Shown here piece after piece: positions 32,593 through 48,074 of a stretch of DNA of 64,000 nucleotides (its first letter is position 1; each line of letters starts with the position of its first letter). Origin of the DNA: the human T2T-CHM13v2.0 reference genome, Homo sapiens. The stretch is taken from the NCBI RefSeq assembly GCF_009914755.1, contig NC_060926.1; one strand, written 5' to 3'. The translations under genes and the position numbers were made by a program. The notes beneath the pieces are model-generated. The model saw only the letters and a list, made by a program, of their open reading frames with translations. It had not been told where the DNA came from and ran no database searches.

Positions 32593-33574
32593 TTAAATAA
32601 AATTATTTTTAAAGGCAGGTGTATGGCAGTGAAGTCTACAGTGTTTACTGCTGGAGCTGCTGGCTTGATTCCCTGCTACTATTGTACCATTGGTGCCAAT
32701 GTCAACAAAGCAAAAATAGCACGCAATGTCTTGGTATTCATTTGAAAGCAGTTTGGCTTTTGGATTCCCTGAACAGATCTTGAAGGCCCCCAGGGGTCCT
32801 GGGACACACTTTGAGAGCCAGGCACCCTGGGGACCTGGGACACACTTTGAGAGCCATTCCCTTGGCCACTGCTGAAATGTTTCCCATGATGGTGAGCTCA
32901 CTCCCCCAAGGTAGCCCATCCACTTCCGGATACTTTCTGACACTGAACTGTCATCTCACTCCCTGGACCACTGAGCTGCCCTCTGGGGCCAAACAGAACC
33001 TGATTCTCTTTCTCTACACAGGAGTTACTTTGGTGGGATCACTCACTTATTCACTCCTCCATCCATCAAACCTTTCATTCATATAGTCAACCAACAAATA
33101 TCTGTCTAGTCCCAACTGGATTCTAGATGCAGTGATGGGAGACAGAGATCTGACATTCAAAGATGGCAGAGGTTGCCCTCACGCAGCTCACATTCCACAA
33201 TCATATGGCCAGTGTGGATATTGGGCCCCAGGTGGTGCTTGTCCACAAGACTCATGTCTGAAACCTTGTTAAACTGACCACGCTCCGCCACAGACCCGTG
33301 CATCGCCCAGCCTGGACGGGGCTTAGAGAGAAACCATGAATACATTAGGAGTCAAAATGACAGCACTGTTTTCTTCAGTCCCACTCACGTTATTCCTTCA
33401 ATAACCACTTTTACAAGGAACCTCATTGCATAATTTTATTTTCGTATTGTAAAGCTTGAGTGTTTTTGAGGACTCAAAACAAACTTAGTGACATATGAAA
33501 AAGCAAAAAGAATTTACATACATCATTTCTAACGTGGAATTCTTAATTATGGAACACATCGACTGTCATACTAA

Positions 33575-33938
<364 letters not shown>

Positions 33939-35464
33939 ATTTTTAATAGATGAACATATTTAGTTTTCCTTTGTCATGTTAGTTTATATAATTAGTCATA
34001 ATCTGAAATTTAATTAGTCTTATCCTTAAAGAATGAAAAAAAAACTGTTGTAGGGTACACATTAAAAATATAAAATTTGTATCTAGAAAGTGACAATGTG
34101 CCTGATAGCTCTTATCACACATACACAGACACACCCACACATGCTTGTGCAAACAGATGGGTGTGCACTATCCCTTTCTTGCTCACTGCACTCCATCTGT
34201 CCCTCCCGTGGGTGGCTAGAAGGCCTCTGTTCCCACAGAGCTTGGACCCCTGCTGTGCGATACTCCCAGGGTCCCCTGGCTTTGCACTGACTGTCTCTTC
34301 TTGGCCCCTTCCCTGTGACTTGGCCACTTAGAGCATGTTAAGAGAGACAGTTATGAGTTCTATTTTATATTCCTGAGACTTTACCACCTTGGCTGTTGGA
34401 TTTCTCCCTCCCCCGATTTTCAGCTGTGTCCTGGGGCACAAACAGGAACTCATCCTGACACATCCCGACTGAGCCTCCTCAGAATCAAGGCACAGTCGGT
34501 CCCGCTCCTGTTGTTAATCGTAAGGAAGCTGCGAGGTGATGAGTGCTTTATGCTTTGGGCTCAGCACGCTACACGAGGTGTAAAACCTTCAGAGGGGAGA
34601 GGGCAGATGATCACAGACCAGTGAATGGAAAATATTTGGCTCCCATGATGTTTCTGGTGCAAACAGATGGGGTCCGAGGCACTGACTGCAGGTGACAGCC
34701 CATCTGGGGACTTCCCCAGGAGTAACTCAGGACCCCAAATTACAGGGCGTCAGGAAGACGGTTCTCTTGGTTAAAAGTGGAAACCAAAGTCTCTGCTTTT
34801 TGTGGAACCTGATTCCTCTGAGCCGCCCTCTTGCCCTAATGGGCACTTACCCTGTCTTTGTTTTCTCAGGGTCTCAGGCCCCTGGAGAGGCACAGGCTGT
34901 CCTTTGGATGCTTGGACACACATGTTCACCAACCGTGGTGCCTGGGACCCACAGGCCGAATGCCTGGAAAACCCTCTTCTGTGCTTAGGGCTGCCACACG
35001 GTGTGGGCACCCACAGCATTCAAACAACTGGAATCGCAAAATGCTGGGCTCCAGGCCCTGGACAGGCACTGCCAGCCACACACTCCTCAGGCCTCAGGCA
35101 CTGTCTGCCCATGTGTCCCAGGGAGAGGGCAGAGGGGAGCCACCACCTTCAAGAGCTGATTCGTCCACCTCGGACCTGTCTTGCCACTTCCCCTGACTGC
35201 GGCTGCTGGGCGTGGGGTCTCTTGGGCCCTTGGCATCTCCCACCTCATGCTCCTGGGGACCCTCTCCTCCTTCTGTGCCTCATCCCAATCAGACACTCCC
35301 CCGTAGATCTGCAGGATGCTCAGGTCTCACTCATTTAACAAACACGCAGCTTCCTGAGCTCCCAGCCTCCTCCAGTGACTCTCTCATCTCTGTCTCCTTC
35401 CCAGCCTGGCTCTTCAAGAACTCTTCATGGGACCTGTCTCCATTAAAGTAGCTCTCACAAGGGA

Positions 35465-35710
35465 TGATGGGCTGTGCTGCATCCCCTGCCCCCTCATAGT
35501 CACATGCAGACGTCCAAGCTGCCAATACCTCAGGATGCGACCAGGTTGGAAACAGAATCACTGCAGAAGGAACTGGCAGAGACGCGGTCATGCTGGAGTA
35601 GGAGGGCCCCATCCAGTAGGGCTGGTGTCCTCGTGAGAAGAAGAAATGAAGGGAAGATGCTGTGAAGAGACGCTGGGAGCTGGCGAGGAGAGAGACCTGG
35701 ACAGAAAGGT
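35465..35710 (+). mobile_element. MLT1-like LTR fragment
   Basis: aatacctcaggatgcgacc...ttggaaacag...gctggtgtcctcgtgagaagaagaaa resembles the MLT1 5' half. Confidence 0.5.
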
Positions 35711-36669
35711 CCCTGGTGCCAGAAAGGTTGGGGGCCACTGTGTTACAGATTTCCTTATCTCCTCCATGACAGCATCAGCCACATGATGGGACTTACGTTT
35801 TAAGAGGATCACTCCTACAGAGGAGTGTAATTCCTAAGAAAGGCACCAGCATTCACTTGTAGGTGACCAAATGTTGACTAATGGTTCGGAAATACCTGAG
35901 AAACCTACAACGGTCTTACCAAATCAGCATCCACTTCCCGCACTTTGTGTTCCTGGGTGACCTTTGCCTTTCTTGTTTCTCCTCTTCTGTTTTGTTCTGT
36001 AGATTTGGGTGAAATGAGAGAGTCCTCACACAGATAGTCCAGGTTATATTTTTCATGTGACCACGTGATGAGTTCCATTTTCTGCATCGCTGGTTCCATT
36101 TGGTGGTTTGGATGCCCAATCGAGGAGTCGGCTTGGACCTTGCCTGTTGCGGCAATCTGAGAGCAAATGAAAGCTGGCCGGGGGAGGGTGGGGGAGGGTG
36201 GATTCAGGAATGACATTGTAGCACATGCTGCATGTCAACTTTGTAAATCAGCAAAACAGTTCGCAGATAATCAAGTGGCTTTGGAATTAAGATTCGAAGT
36301 ATAATTGAGGGAAAGCTGCAATTTAAATAATTATTATGCAAAAAAGCAGCATATTTAACACAATGATTTTGCAGAGGATTTTGTGTTAAAATTGTTTTAA
36401 TTAGGAAAGATCTCTGCATCTATTAAAATACTTTACAAACTGCAAAGAAAAACTGAGATAATCATCCCCTCAAAGCTTAACATCCCCCTTTTTCTCCACC
36501 CCAAAGATACACACCTCAGTAAGACCACTGGCTGTAAGATGAGAGGGAAATTATTTTATTTGATTGAAAAACTTATACTATACAACATAACTAGGGAGGA
36601 CCTCTCTGATATGATGGCATTTGAGCAAAACCTTAAAGCAAGTGAAGGAATGTGCCACTTAGTATATTT

Positions 36670-36973
<304 letters not shown>

Positions 36974-37136
36974 TGAGGAGGAGGCCTCCGGAGGGCCCAA
37001 GGTGCAGCCAGGAGAGCAGAGCAGCTGTAAGGCAGCGGGACAAGGCCGGTGGTCGGGGCAGAGACTATCACGCAGACTGTTGTAAGTGGGGGAGCCATGG
37101 AATTTCATGTCTAGACCAGGGCACCTTTAAGAATGA

Positions 37137-37602
<466 letters not shown>

Positions 37603-38557
37603 TAAAAGGATCACTCTGCTGTAGGAGGCACCTGCCCAAGGCACCATTCTGTCACGAAGCCAGGGCCAGCCAGACCTGCCCACTCTCTCGCCTCCGCCTC
37701 CGCAATACTTTATTTTGTCCACGGGGTGTTTGCCTGGCAGCCGAGTGACTCAGGCCGTGTTGCTGCCATTTCCTTATCGTACCTGGAAGGTTTTCCACCC
37801 GAGCCCCACAGTCCGGAGGCGGGGGCTGGGACTCCCCTGGGGCAGAGAAACCTCCTTTGCACTGTCGGAGGCTGTGTGCCTGCCTTGCTGGCCTGGCTAG
37901 ATCTGTGGCACACTACTACTCTATTCAATTCATGTCAGTTTAGTTTATGGCTTTACAGGCATCTCTGCTAGCCCCGCAGCAATCTGTTCTGAAAATCAGG
38001 TGCTCTGTGCAGGCAACACTCTCTTGGAGGCCTATTTCTCATTATTTTAAATGGGAAAATTGAGACGCCTTACATGTTAACCACCTCCCCTCCCCAGCTA
38101 GTGTTTTGCCAGATGATGGAAGCACACTGGGCAAAGCCTGCTCACTTCCTGAAATAATAAGAGGAAAAACCAGGCTGTGAAAAGACATGAGTTGCCACTT
38201 TGCTTTTGGTTGAAAGAAAAAGGGACAGGAGGAGAAACCCCTATGTGTGTATTTACAGTTGCAGGTGCTCAGAGACAGGCGAGAAGCTGTCCACCTGGAT
38301 TAGCTTGGAGGCATGCGACTGGAGGGAGGAAGACTGCTAATTTAAAAAACATATATTTCAGTATTATTGTCCTTGCTACAGCAAATAGGAACTATGTAAT
38401 TAAATAAAACAATAGAATGGTTTATAATAAAAATAAATATCATGTTTGGCTTTATGTCTTAGTTTTAGAGTTTGATTATTGACTTTATAATTTTTACAGT
38501 GGAATGGGTCCAATTTTCTTTGAAAATATTTTTGTTTCTAGAGTTAGGAAATTGTGA

Positions 38558-38914
<357 letters not shown>

Positions 38915-39589
38915 TATTCAGCTTTCTACTATTTGTTGGCTTTAACAATTAAAGCAATCTAGTTACTGCACCTCTGTTATTTTCCATTCTTACTACGTTT
39001 TTAACCTTCATTTATCATACATTACTCATTTCCATCGATTTCTGTCAGCTCCTGGGCTCTCCACTTTGTCTAATGTATGTTTATGCTTTTGTATCAGTGT
39101 GATGCATTTACCTTGTTTTTCTTTATAATAAAGTTGACTATCCAGTGCCATTTGTCCTTCCTTATTGTTCTCATTTTATTTTAATCCTAATGACTTTAAC
39201 AATTATGTTTTCAAGTTCAATAAATAATCCTGTTGGGATTTTAATTGAAATTGCGTTATCTCTATAAATTACCTAGAGCAGATTTATCATCTTTCCATTT
39301 AACCAGAAACATAGTCCATTTCTCCATTTATTCAAGTCTTTTCTCATTTCTTCCTTTTAACACTCATAGACTTCAATTTTCATAAGGTTCTTATACTTTT
39401 CTTCCATATTTAGCATATCCTTGATTGTTAAAAATACATTTTGCCACTTTCTTTAAAGTATTCATTTTTATTTCCTTTTCATGTCATTGTATTACCAATA
39501 ATTTATATTATGGCACTAATTATATTAGGGGCAAAGGTCATCTACATTGTCCTTTCCTTTCCTGGGAAGACCTATAGTATTTCTCCATT

Positions 39590-39710
39590 AAGCTGTCTTG
39601 TTTAAAAAATATATAAAAAAGTATAGCTGTCTTGTTTAAAATAAAACAAAAACACTTTACATATATATATATATAGATATATATGAGTATAGCTGCCTTG
39701 TTTAAAAAAT
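39590..39710. repeat. Three copies of agctgtcttgtttaaaa around a (TA)n tract
   Basis: Copies at about 39591, 39625 and 39691. Confidence 0.85.
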
Positions 39711-41881
39711 ACTTGGTTTTTCATTCATTCCTTCATAACATCCCTGTAGACTATTTTTGCCAGATACTGTTCTGGGAAAAGGCAGTGAACAGAAGACATA
39801 AAAATCTCTGTCTTAATCGAGCTTACATGTTATTATGCTGTGAATTAATCTTTTCTATTTAAAAATTTTAAAAATAAGACGAGTAATTTTATCAAATGCC
39901 TTTTATGTATGAACTTAAAATGATAAGGCTCACAGGTGGGGAACCCAGTGGAGCCCACTGGCCAAGGACGCCACGCTGTGGGTGTGAAGGCTCCAATCAG
40001 AAACTTTAAAATAAAGCTTTACACCCGATAAAGAAGCAGTTGGGAGGCTAGATGTATAATGAAAATTGTATTTTACTGGAAAGGAAGCAGCCCAGGGCAG
40101 CTGCCATTGATTAGTTAGCTGTGCGATTTGGGCAAATCATCGTATCACGGTGGGAACTTGGTTAGTTTTCCTCTCTGCAGAATGGTGCAATTGAACTAGC
40201 TTTATTCATTTAGTTATTTAAAAATAAGTATGTATGCCTAGTAGACAATTTCCAGTTCCTTTCAGCTCTGGAAACTCTTTGATTTACATGTGTCAAATGC
40301 TGGGGAGGGCAATGTTAATTTTTTACATAATTTATTCCATGATTAATGTTACTTTCTTAATAGAAACACATTCAACATAGCCATCTGCCTTTACATTCTT
40401 TTATTTGCAAAAGCTGGATAAGAGAAACACGTATGCCTGCTATCTTTCAGTTAGCAAATGTGAGGTATGGAGCATTTGGTCAAGTTAAGGCCTATTAAAA
40501 ATTTATGCATATTGTCAAAAATTCTTGCACAAATGTGAAAATGACCATCTCTGGAGTTTGCAGTGATTTAGAAAGCAGAGCTACTACAATGATCAATCTT
40601 TCCCCTGAGGTCCAACACTGAGCTTCAACGGGCCTCACATTTCAGACTCACAGGACAGAGATTTATCTGTGTTTCATCAAGTATGAAAAATATGTGGATG
40701 GAGGGGTTTCCAGCCGGTCCCCCCCAAGTCATCCAGCCACCTCCATTAATGTCAGCAGGCTCATAAATTTTTCCTGCGTTCTAAAGAAAGCAGCTTGTGC
40801 CACTGCACAGAAGCCTCCAAAGGTGGCAGTTGCTGCCTATAAATTCACTTACACTCAATAAAGGCAATTGACTGCACATGGACTTAATTACCATGGCCCT
40901 CCTTGGGAAACTGAGGGGCTCACTATTTCTCAAAGGAGGGGAGGAAAAAGTGTTATGCGAAGCAAGGCAACCTCTTAGCGGCACCTTACAAAATCTGATT
41001 TATTCATTGATGTTTCTACTTATTACTGGGATAGTCTTAGCAGTTATCACTCAAGACCGAAGTGTCCTTCTTGATTGGAAAGTATTATCTCGAATTCTCC
41101 TCAGGCTTGAATCCTACAGGAACCTCCCCATCCAACTTCCTTTTTTAAAAAAATTTTATTAAAAGGAACAATATATTACTCAGCACACAATTGGCTATTT
41201 CGGTTCTGGTTACTCTTCTACTCAGAAAATGGGATGCATGCTTTATTTTCACCTTTCTTCAATATTTACTTGTGTAGAAAAATGAATACCCAGAGAAGAA
41301 GAGAGTACCTTAGGAAGAGATAGAAAGATTTTCCCATTAAAGGCACTGTCATCCCTTTCTCTTCACCGACCCATCGTTCAAAACCTGCGCCATCATTCAC
41401 CCAGCAACCCCTCCTCATTGATAGGAGCAGGTCATTCCCTTTTCTAACTCAGGAATCCAGAAAGCTTAGGAAAACAGACATAGGAGAAAGGTTAGCAAAA
41501 TGTTCAGTCATTTACATTTGAATTCACTTCTTATGTACTACTTTTGAAAAGAAGTAATCTTTTACAAGTAGCAACAAGAGTGAGTTGAAGAAAAGGACAA
41601 GTTTAGGGTCTAGAGGCAAACTCTGAAGATCTCCCAGCCTTATTTGATCAAGTGCTAAATGAATATCTATCATATTTATGAAACACAAAGGCCTGATTGT
41701 TTCTGCTCAAAGCAACACATACATGTTGACATACATCTCCAAATGACACAGAAATTAAGAGCGTGCTAGAACAAACCGAATGGCTCTATATCCAAAGAAC
41801 AGCTCTGTCCTCTGCCGCAGATGCGTTAAGTACTGTAAAGAATATGACTCCCAAGTCCTCTTACTTCCCCAGCTACGGTGA

Positions 41882-42417
<536 letters not shown>

Positions 42418-44469
42418 TAGAGGGTATGCTGGACCCAAGGGTGCAACCTGGGACAGCCTGCGGGCCCACAAAAAGAAAATCCATTCAGCGCATTTGCCAA
42501 AGAGCCCCGAATCTGTCTTTCATCATGACTTGGTGCCCGGATAAACCAAGAGAGCCTAGAGCTGCTGGATGTTCTTAACTTGATTTACTGTGACGACCGA
42601 CATCAAAACCTGTAATTTCACGCGAGCTGTGCACCTGTCCCTAAGGCCTCAGTGAATAATGCCTGGACCTTAAGTTCTCATCCCACCTCTTCCTCCGTTC
42701 AACCTAATATCTTTTCCACCAAAGCAAACAGTAGAAAAAGTTATTTTCCTTCTCATATGAGTAACCTACACATGGTTCACATCTCCACAGATCACAGCTG
42801 CTTCTGAGAATTTACTAAAAATATAATTACACAAGGAATTCAAAATAATGAGCCTCTAACTCACCTCTCTGCATGTGACCATCAGTCTCCCTCTGTCTTT
42901 CTAAAACCTCTTTTTTCATGCTGAAAGTAATTCATGCTCCATGCAGAAAACTTGGACTATAAAGGGAAAGAATACATACAGCCATGGTCCTCAGAAGATA
43001 TCTATTGTGAACCTTCAGGTGGTTTCCTTTGATGTCCTTAGAAGTCCTCAGAGAGAACAATTCTGAACTTTCTCTTGAGAAACAATTCTAGTTTTACACA
43101 ATGCTCGTGTTTCAAAAAGTCTTTACTCACCCAGATTGTAGTTCTCAATCTGCCAGTAACTAGGCAGGTTTTTAGCCAAGTTACCTGACTTTTCTGAGTC
43201 TGCTTTGTCATCCGTAAAATAATTGGGGCAAGCCACAGCCAGCTTTCTCAAATCCCGCAATTCTTCTCCTTCTCTCTTTCTCCCCTCCTCCATCTTTTTC
43301 TCTTTTCCTTTTAACTACACAGAACCATCACTATGCTCTGCATGAAGATGCTAAGAAGTAGGAGAGAGGCAATTAGGAGTTAGGAAAGACCCAGGTTCCT
43401 AGGTGGCACATAGTGAGCTGCATGACTTTGTGCAACCACCATCTGTTTCCAACAAAATGACGCTGACCACCTACCACTCCTCTGCACCACGTGGCTAAGG
43501 ACATTCCTGCTGGCATGTTCGGAAGGAGGAGACCTACTTGGTGTTGTGGGAATCAGAAACCTGAATATGAATTCCAGCCTCGCCTATTATGAGCCATGAG
43601 CCCTGAGAAAGCCACTGAGCATGTCTAAGCCTTGGGTTCCCATGACAGCTTCCTGGGGCAGCCCCTGGTGCTGTGCCCTTGCCTGGCAGGAGCAGTAGAG
43701 AAATGCAAGTTCATCTGAGAGAAAGGACCAGCTTTTAAAGTCGTGACTAGTGATGGGAGGTGCTGCAGTCCTGAGAGCTCGGAGATACTAGCAGGGAGAG
43801 TATCAGGCTGGAGTGGAGGGAGGAACGTGAAGACGCGACATTCTGTCCATTGCCCGAAGCTCTCTGGACAGCGAGTATGGTCGCTCTCGCTATTTGTGGA
43901 TTAGCTCTCAAATTCAACTGGCATCTACTGGGAAGATGACAGACAAGGAATCTGGAGGTCTCCCCAGGTCCCACAAGCCTTCGAACGACAAAGCTGAACT
44001 CGCAGAACTGTACACTGAAAGGGGAGAATTTTACTGCATTTAAGCTGTATCTTAATTTTTAAAATGAAAACAAAAATATAACGAAGCATTTCAAGACCTC
44101 CTCCAGAAAGAATGTGCATTTGCTGGCAATCTGGAGGCATGGTGCTCACCTGCCCTGGAGACTCAAGCACATTGCGTGCTGTTTTTTTTTAATTTTTAGT
44201 TTGTCTGCCCTGTTATTATCCCCTCAGCTGCATGCCCACCCCCACCACTGGCAGCCCTTGCTCTCCGCGCCTCCACCACCAGCCAGCCTCTCCTTTTGTA
44301 GGTCGGCAATGCAGCATTTTGACTGTGGGAGCCACAGAAGCTGTGTACAGCTGTGAATACAAAGGCCCCAGACTCCAGAATAAAAATATGGGGTACTATG
44401 GATATGGGAAACATCCAAATTGCAAGTCATTTATCTGAGAATCTGATGGACTTCCTATAGGTTTAACAT

Positions 44470-44690
44470 GATTACTGAGGGTGTATCTTGTGCCACATAT
44501 TGTTCTAAGGGCTTTATACTTACAAATCTATATTACTCTACCTATGAGGTAGGTACTATTACTACCCCTACCTCATTTTTAAGATGAGGAAACAGAGGCA
44601 CAGAGAGGTTAAGAAACTGGCTCAAGGTCACGCAGCCCGCAAGTGATAGAGCCGGGATTTGAACCCAGGCAGCCTGGCTCTAGGGCCTCT
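44470..44690. mobile_element. MIR
   Basis: Core gatgaggaaacagaggcacagagaggttaag...ggatttgaacccaggcag. Confidence 0.8.
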
Positions 44691-45487
44691 GCCCCTCTGC
44701 ATGTGTGTGGCATTTGCAATGCATTTGTTGATTAGAGATGCAGAAGACACCATCACATCACAAGACTGAAAGTGGTGGCTGGTCTACACCCTCAATCAGG
44801 CTCACCTGCTGAGGACCCCGATAACCTCAAGCCCCCGAGTTTTCCCAGGCCACCTCACTTCTGACTGATTATGTGTTGGCTTAAAAGATGGAATGTGGCT
44901 ACCTAATTTACATCACTTTCAGATTCCTCAAGCTTACGTGAGTTAAAAGGAGTCTGCTAAAATCAGACTAGCAATGCCCCTCGGCCACTGCCAGAGCTGG
45001 CACCTGATGGGAGTGGGGTAGAGGGTGGGTGTTTACCTCCCTCTGCACTGAAGAATGAGCTGGATGTCAGGCATATTTTCAACAAATTAAGTAACAAGCG
45101 TAGGTGGCGGAGAAATGGCAATGCTCCACGATGGTGCAATTTGGAATTTTCAATTGGAAAGATCCTGAGGCCTAGAATCAGTCCCAGGGTCCAGAGATGA
45201 CAGCCACTCAGGTGGCTCCAAAGCCCGTGGGGAGATGAGGAGAGGCTGCTGCATCTTCAGTGGCAGGAGCCCGCAGTCCCAAGGCTGGCTGTGGGCCAGG
45301 CAGCCCACCTGGGCTTCAGGCTTCTCTGTTATCACACCAAGGGGCTGGATGAAGTTACAACCAAGACCCCTTTACGATACTTTAACATGAAGCTTATTGA
45401 TACATCCTGAGACCTAGACGGCAGTTCAAGCCATGAGAAATACCAATCAGAGCAAGATGTTTTCTGACAACAAGTGTACCCGTGACT

Positions 45488-45700
45488 GCTTTGTCCAATA
45501 TGGGAGCCACTAGCAACAAGGGGCCATCTAAGCTTAAACTAAAATGAAATAAGATGAAATGAAATTAAAAATTCAGATCCTCAGTCACCCCAGCCACCTT
45601 TCAAGTGTTCAGTTGCCACATGTGGCCAGAGGCTACCACACCAGACAGTGAACATCAAACACGTTTCCACCACTGCAAAGTCCTATTGCACAGCCCTGGT
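45488..45700. mobile_element. MER3/MER33-like hAT MITE
   Basis: tgtccaatatgggagccactagc...ttcaagtgttcagttgccacatgtggc. Confidence 0.7.
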
Positions 45701-45799
45701 CTGGACAAATACAAACGTCTATAATTTCTTCCTTCATTATGAACGCTATTCATGAATGAAAGCGATTATGGCGCTCATCTCATAGAGCTGTTGAGAGTT

Positions 45800-46230
45800 G
45801 TAGTAGACACTGAATAATGATCCCTAAAGATACTGAGTGCTAATCCCCAGGGTCTGTAAATGGTATCATATATGGAAAAAGGGGTTTTGTAGGCGTGATT
45901 AAGATCCATGAGAGGGGGAGATGATTGTGGATTAGCCAAGTATGTCCTAAATGCAGTCCTAAGTGTCCTATAAGAGAGAGGTAGAAGGAGATTAGACGCA
46001 CATAGAAGAGGACAAGGTGATGTGACCACAGAAGCAGAGAACAGAGCGATGTGGCCACAAGCCAAGGAATGCTGGAAGCCCCCAGAAGCTGGCAGAGGCA
46101 AGGAAGGGAGCTTCTGGAGGGAGTACAGCCCTGCCAGCACCTTGATGTCAGTCTCCTGACCTGTGAACTGGGAGAAAATAAATTTCTATTGTTTTAAGCC
46201 ACCAAGTTGGTGTCATTTGTTACAATTCAA
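45800..46230 (+). mobile_element. MLT1B/C-like MaLR LTR
   Basis: gccacaagccaaggaatgctggaagcccccagaagctggcagaggcaagg...aataaatttctattgttttaagccacc. Confidence 0.8.
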
Positions 46231-47061
46231 TAGCAAACCAATAATAGGGTTAAATTAGTTAATGTATAAAGCACTTCAAATTCCTGGTATAGAATTATAG
46301 AATGAGTGCTCAGTAATTGTGAGTCTCTATTATTATTATTATTGTTGAATACACATCTAACATGTCCAACCACCAAAATGGTTCTAATTACAAAGGAGGC
46401 CAGGGGCGGGGTACAGGGAAGGAGCCCACACTTGAGTTGTGACTCTGGGAGTAGGAGGTAGGGCCGAAGGTTTAAGTAGAGGGCATCAGTGTTTGCTTGA
46501 TGAACAACTAAAGCATCTCCAAACCCAAATCATGTTCCTTAAATTGCAATATTTGACAAAAATCGCTATTTCAAATTGTTCATCCAGTACAAAGAAAAAT
46601 AAACACAACTATCACACAATCTAGAAAATTCTAGGCCTGTAGAGCTTAAGTGTGAAGCAAGAGAAAACACACCAGAGTGGGGGCAGGAAGTAAAATCCAA
46701 GTGAATTAACTAAAAAACTACAAGAACTAATGTGAGAATTCACTTAGGGATGCACAAACTATATACAAGTATGCAACCAATAATAAGGAAAATATTTGAA
46801 GAAAACCTCATTCAAAACAGCAAATGTACATATAAAATGCATAACCCCAATAAGTAATTTGTGGGGCCCAAGTATTTTATTGGCATCACCTCATTTGACC
46901 CCACAGCATCAGAGAAGTGATGCCCAGGTGCTCCCAGCCAGCAAGGGGGCATTCGCTGGCAGAAAATGGGCAATGGGCTGCTGGGGACAGTATCATTTTT
47001 CTTACTGTTGCTTTCTTTCTCTCTCTTTCTGGCTTTCCTATAAGTCAGTTAGAAAAAAAAA

Positions 47062-47357
47062 GGCCAGGCATGGTGGCTTACGCCTGTAATCCCAGCACTT
47101 TGGGAGGCCGAGGCAGATGGATTACCTGAGGTCAGGAGTTTGAGACCAGCTGGCCAACATGGTGAAACCCTGTCTCTACTAAAAATACAAAAATTAGCTG
47201 GGCATGGTGGCGGGTGCCTGTAATCCTGGCTACTCGGGAGGCTGAAGCAAGAGAATTTCTTGAACCCAGGAGTTGGAGGTTGTAGTCAGCCGAGATCGCA
47301 CCGTCGCACTCCAGCCTGGGCGACAGAGTAAGACTGAGGCTCAAAAAACAAAAAAAG
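47062..47357 (+). mobile_element. AluSx-like
   Basis: Full dimer, sense. Confidence 0.9.
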
Positions 47358-47780
47358 GCAAATGATAAACTGAGAAGTCACTATTACAATAATTCAAAAA
47401 GCTTTAGCATCTGTAATACATATATAACTACATTTTAGAGATCACTTAAAGAAAAGAAAAAAACACCCAAAAGGGAAGCCCATAAATGACTGGGCATTTT
47501 ACAATGCTTGCAACGAAGAAACCAAAAGATTATTTAACCTCCCTATTAATACAACACATACAAATTAAAAGATGACTGAGAAACCATTTTTCTTTTATCA
47601 ATTTGGTAAAATATTTAAAAAGATCATAATCAATTAATTAACTAGTGCATCCATGCAATCGAAAGTGAGGCCATCAAAACAAAGATAGTTCTCCTTGGAT
47701 GAATATTTTAAGGACAAGCGAAATCTCAATGTTAAATTTTTACAAATTGGAGAAAGAATTCCTAAAACTGTAATTAAAAA

Positions 47781-48074
47781 ATATGTATACGTATACATGT
47801 ATACGTATACGTATACATGTATACGTATACGTATACATGTATACGTATATATGTGTATACATACGTATATACGTATACGTATACATGTATACGTATATAC
47901 GTATATACGTACGTATATACGTATATACGTATATACGTATATACGTATATACGTATATACATATATACGTATATACGTATATATATACATATATACGTAT
48001 ATACGTATATATGTATATACATACGTATATACGTATATATGTATATACATATATACATATATACGTATATATAT
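47781..48074. repeat. Compound (TATACG)n/(TATATACG)n/(TA)n simple repeat, about 290 bp
   Basis: Directly visible. It explains the Y/I/V/T-rich ORFs on both strands. Confidence 0.97.

Larger units (their letters stand above)
30129..32860. mobile_element. Charlie1-like hAT DNA transposon relic, interrupted by an Alu monomer and an L1
   Basis: Terminal motifs ctggttcccaaactttt... and ...gggacacactttgagagcca. AT-rich degenerate body. Confidence 0.6.

Noticed and set aside
34692-35451. Several 80-180 aa ORFs in a GC-richer patch
   Set aside because: Overlapping in multiple frames, no recognisable protein features or exon structure; expected in GC-rich DNA.
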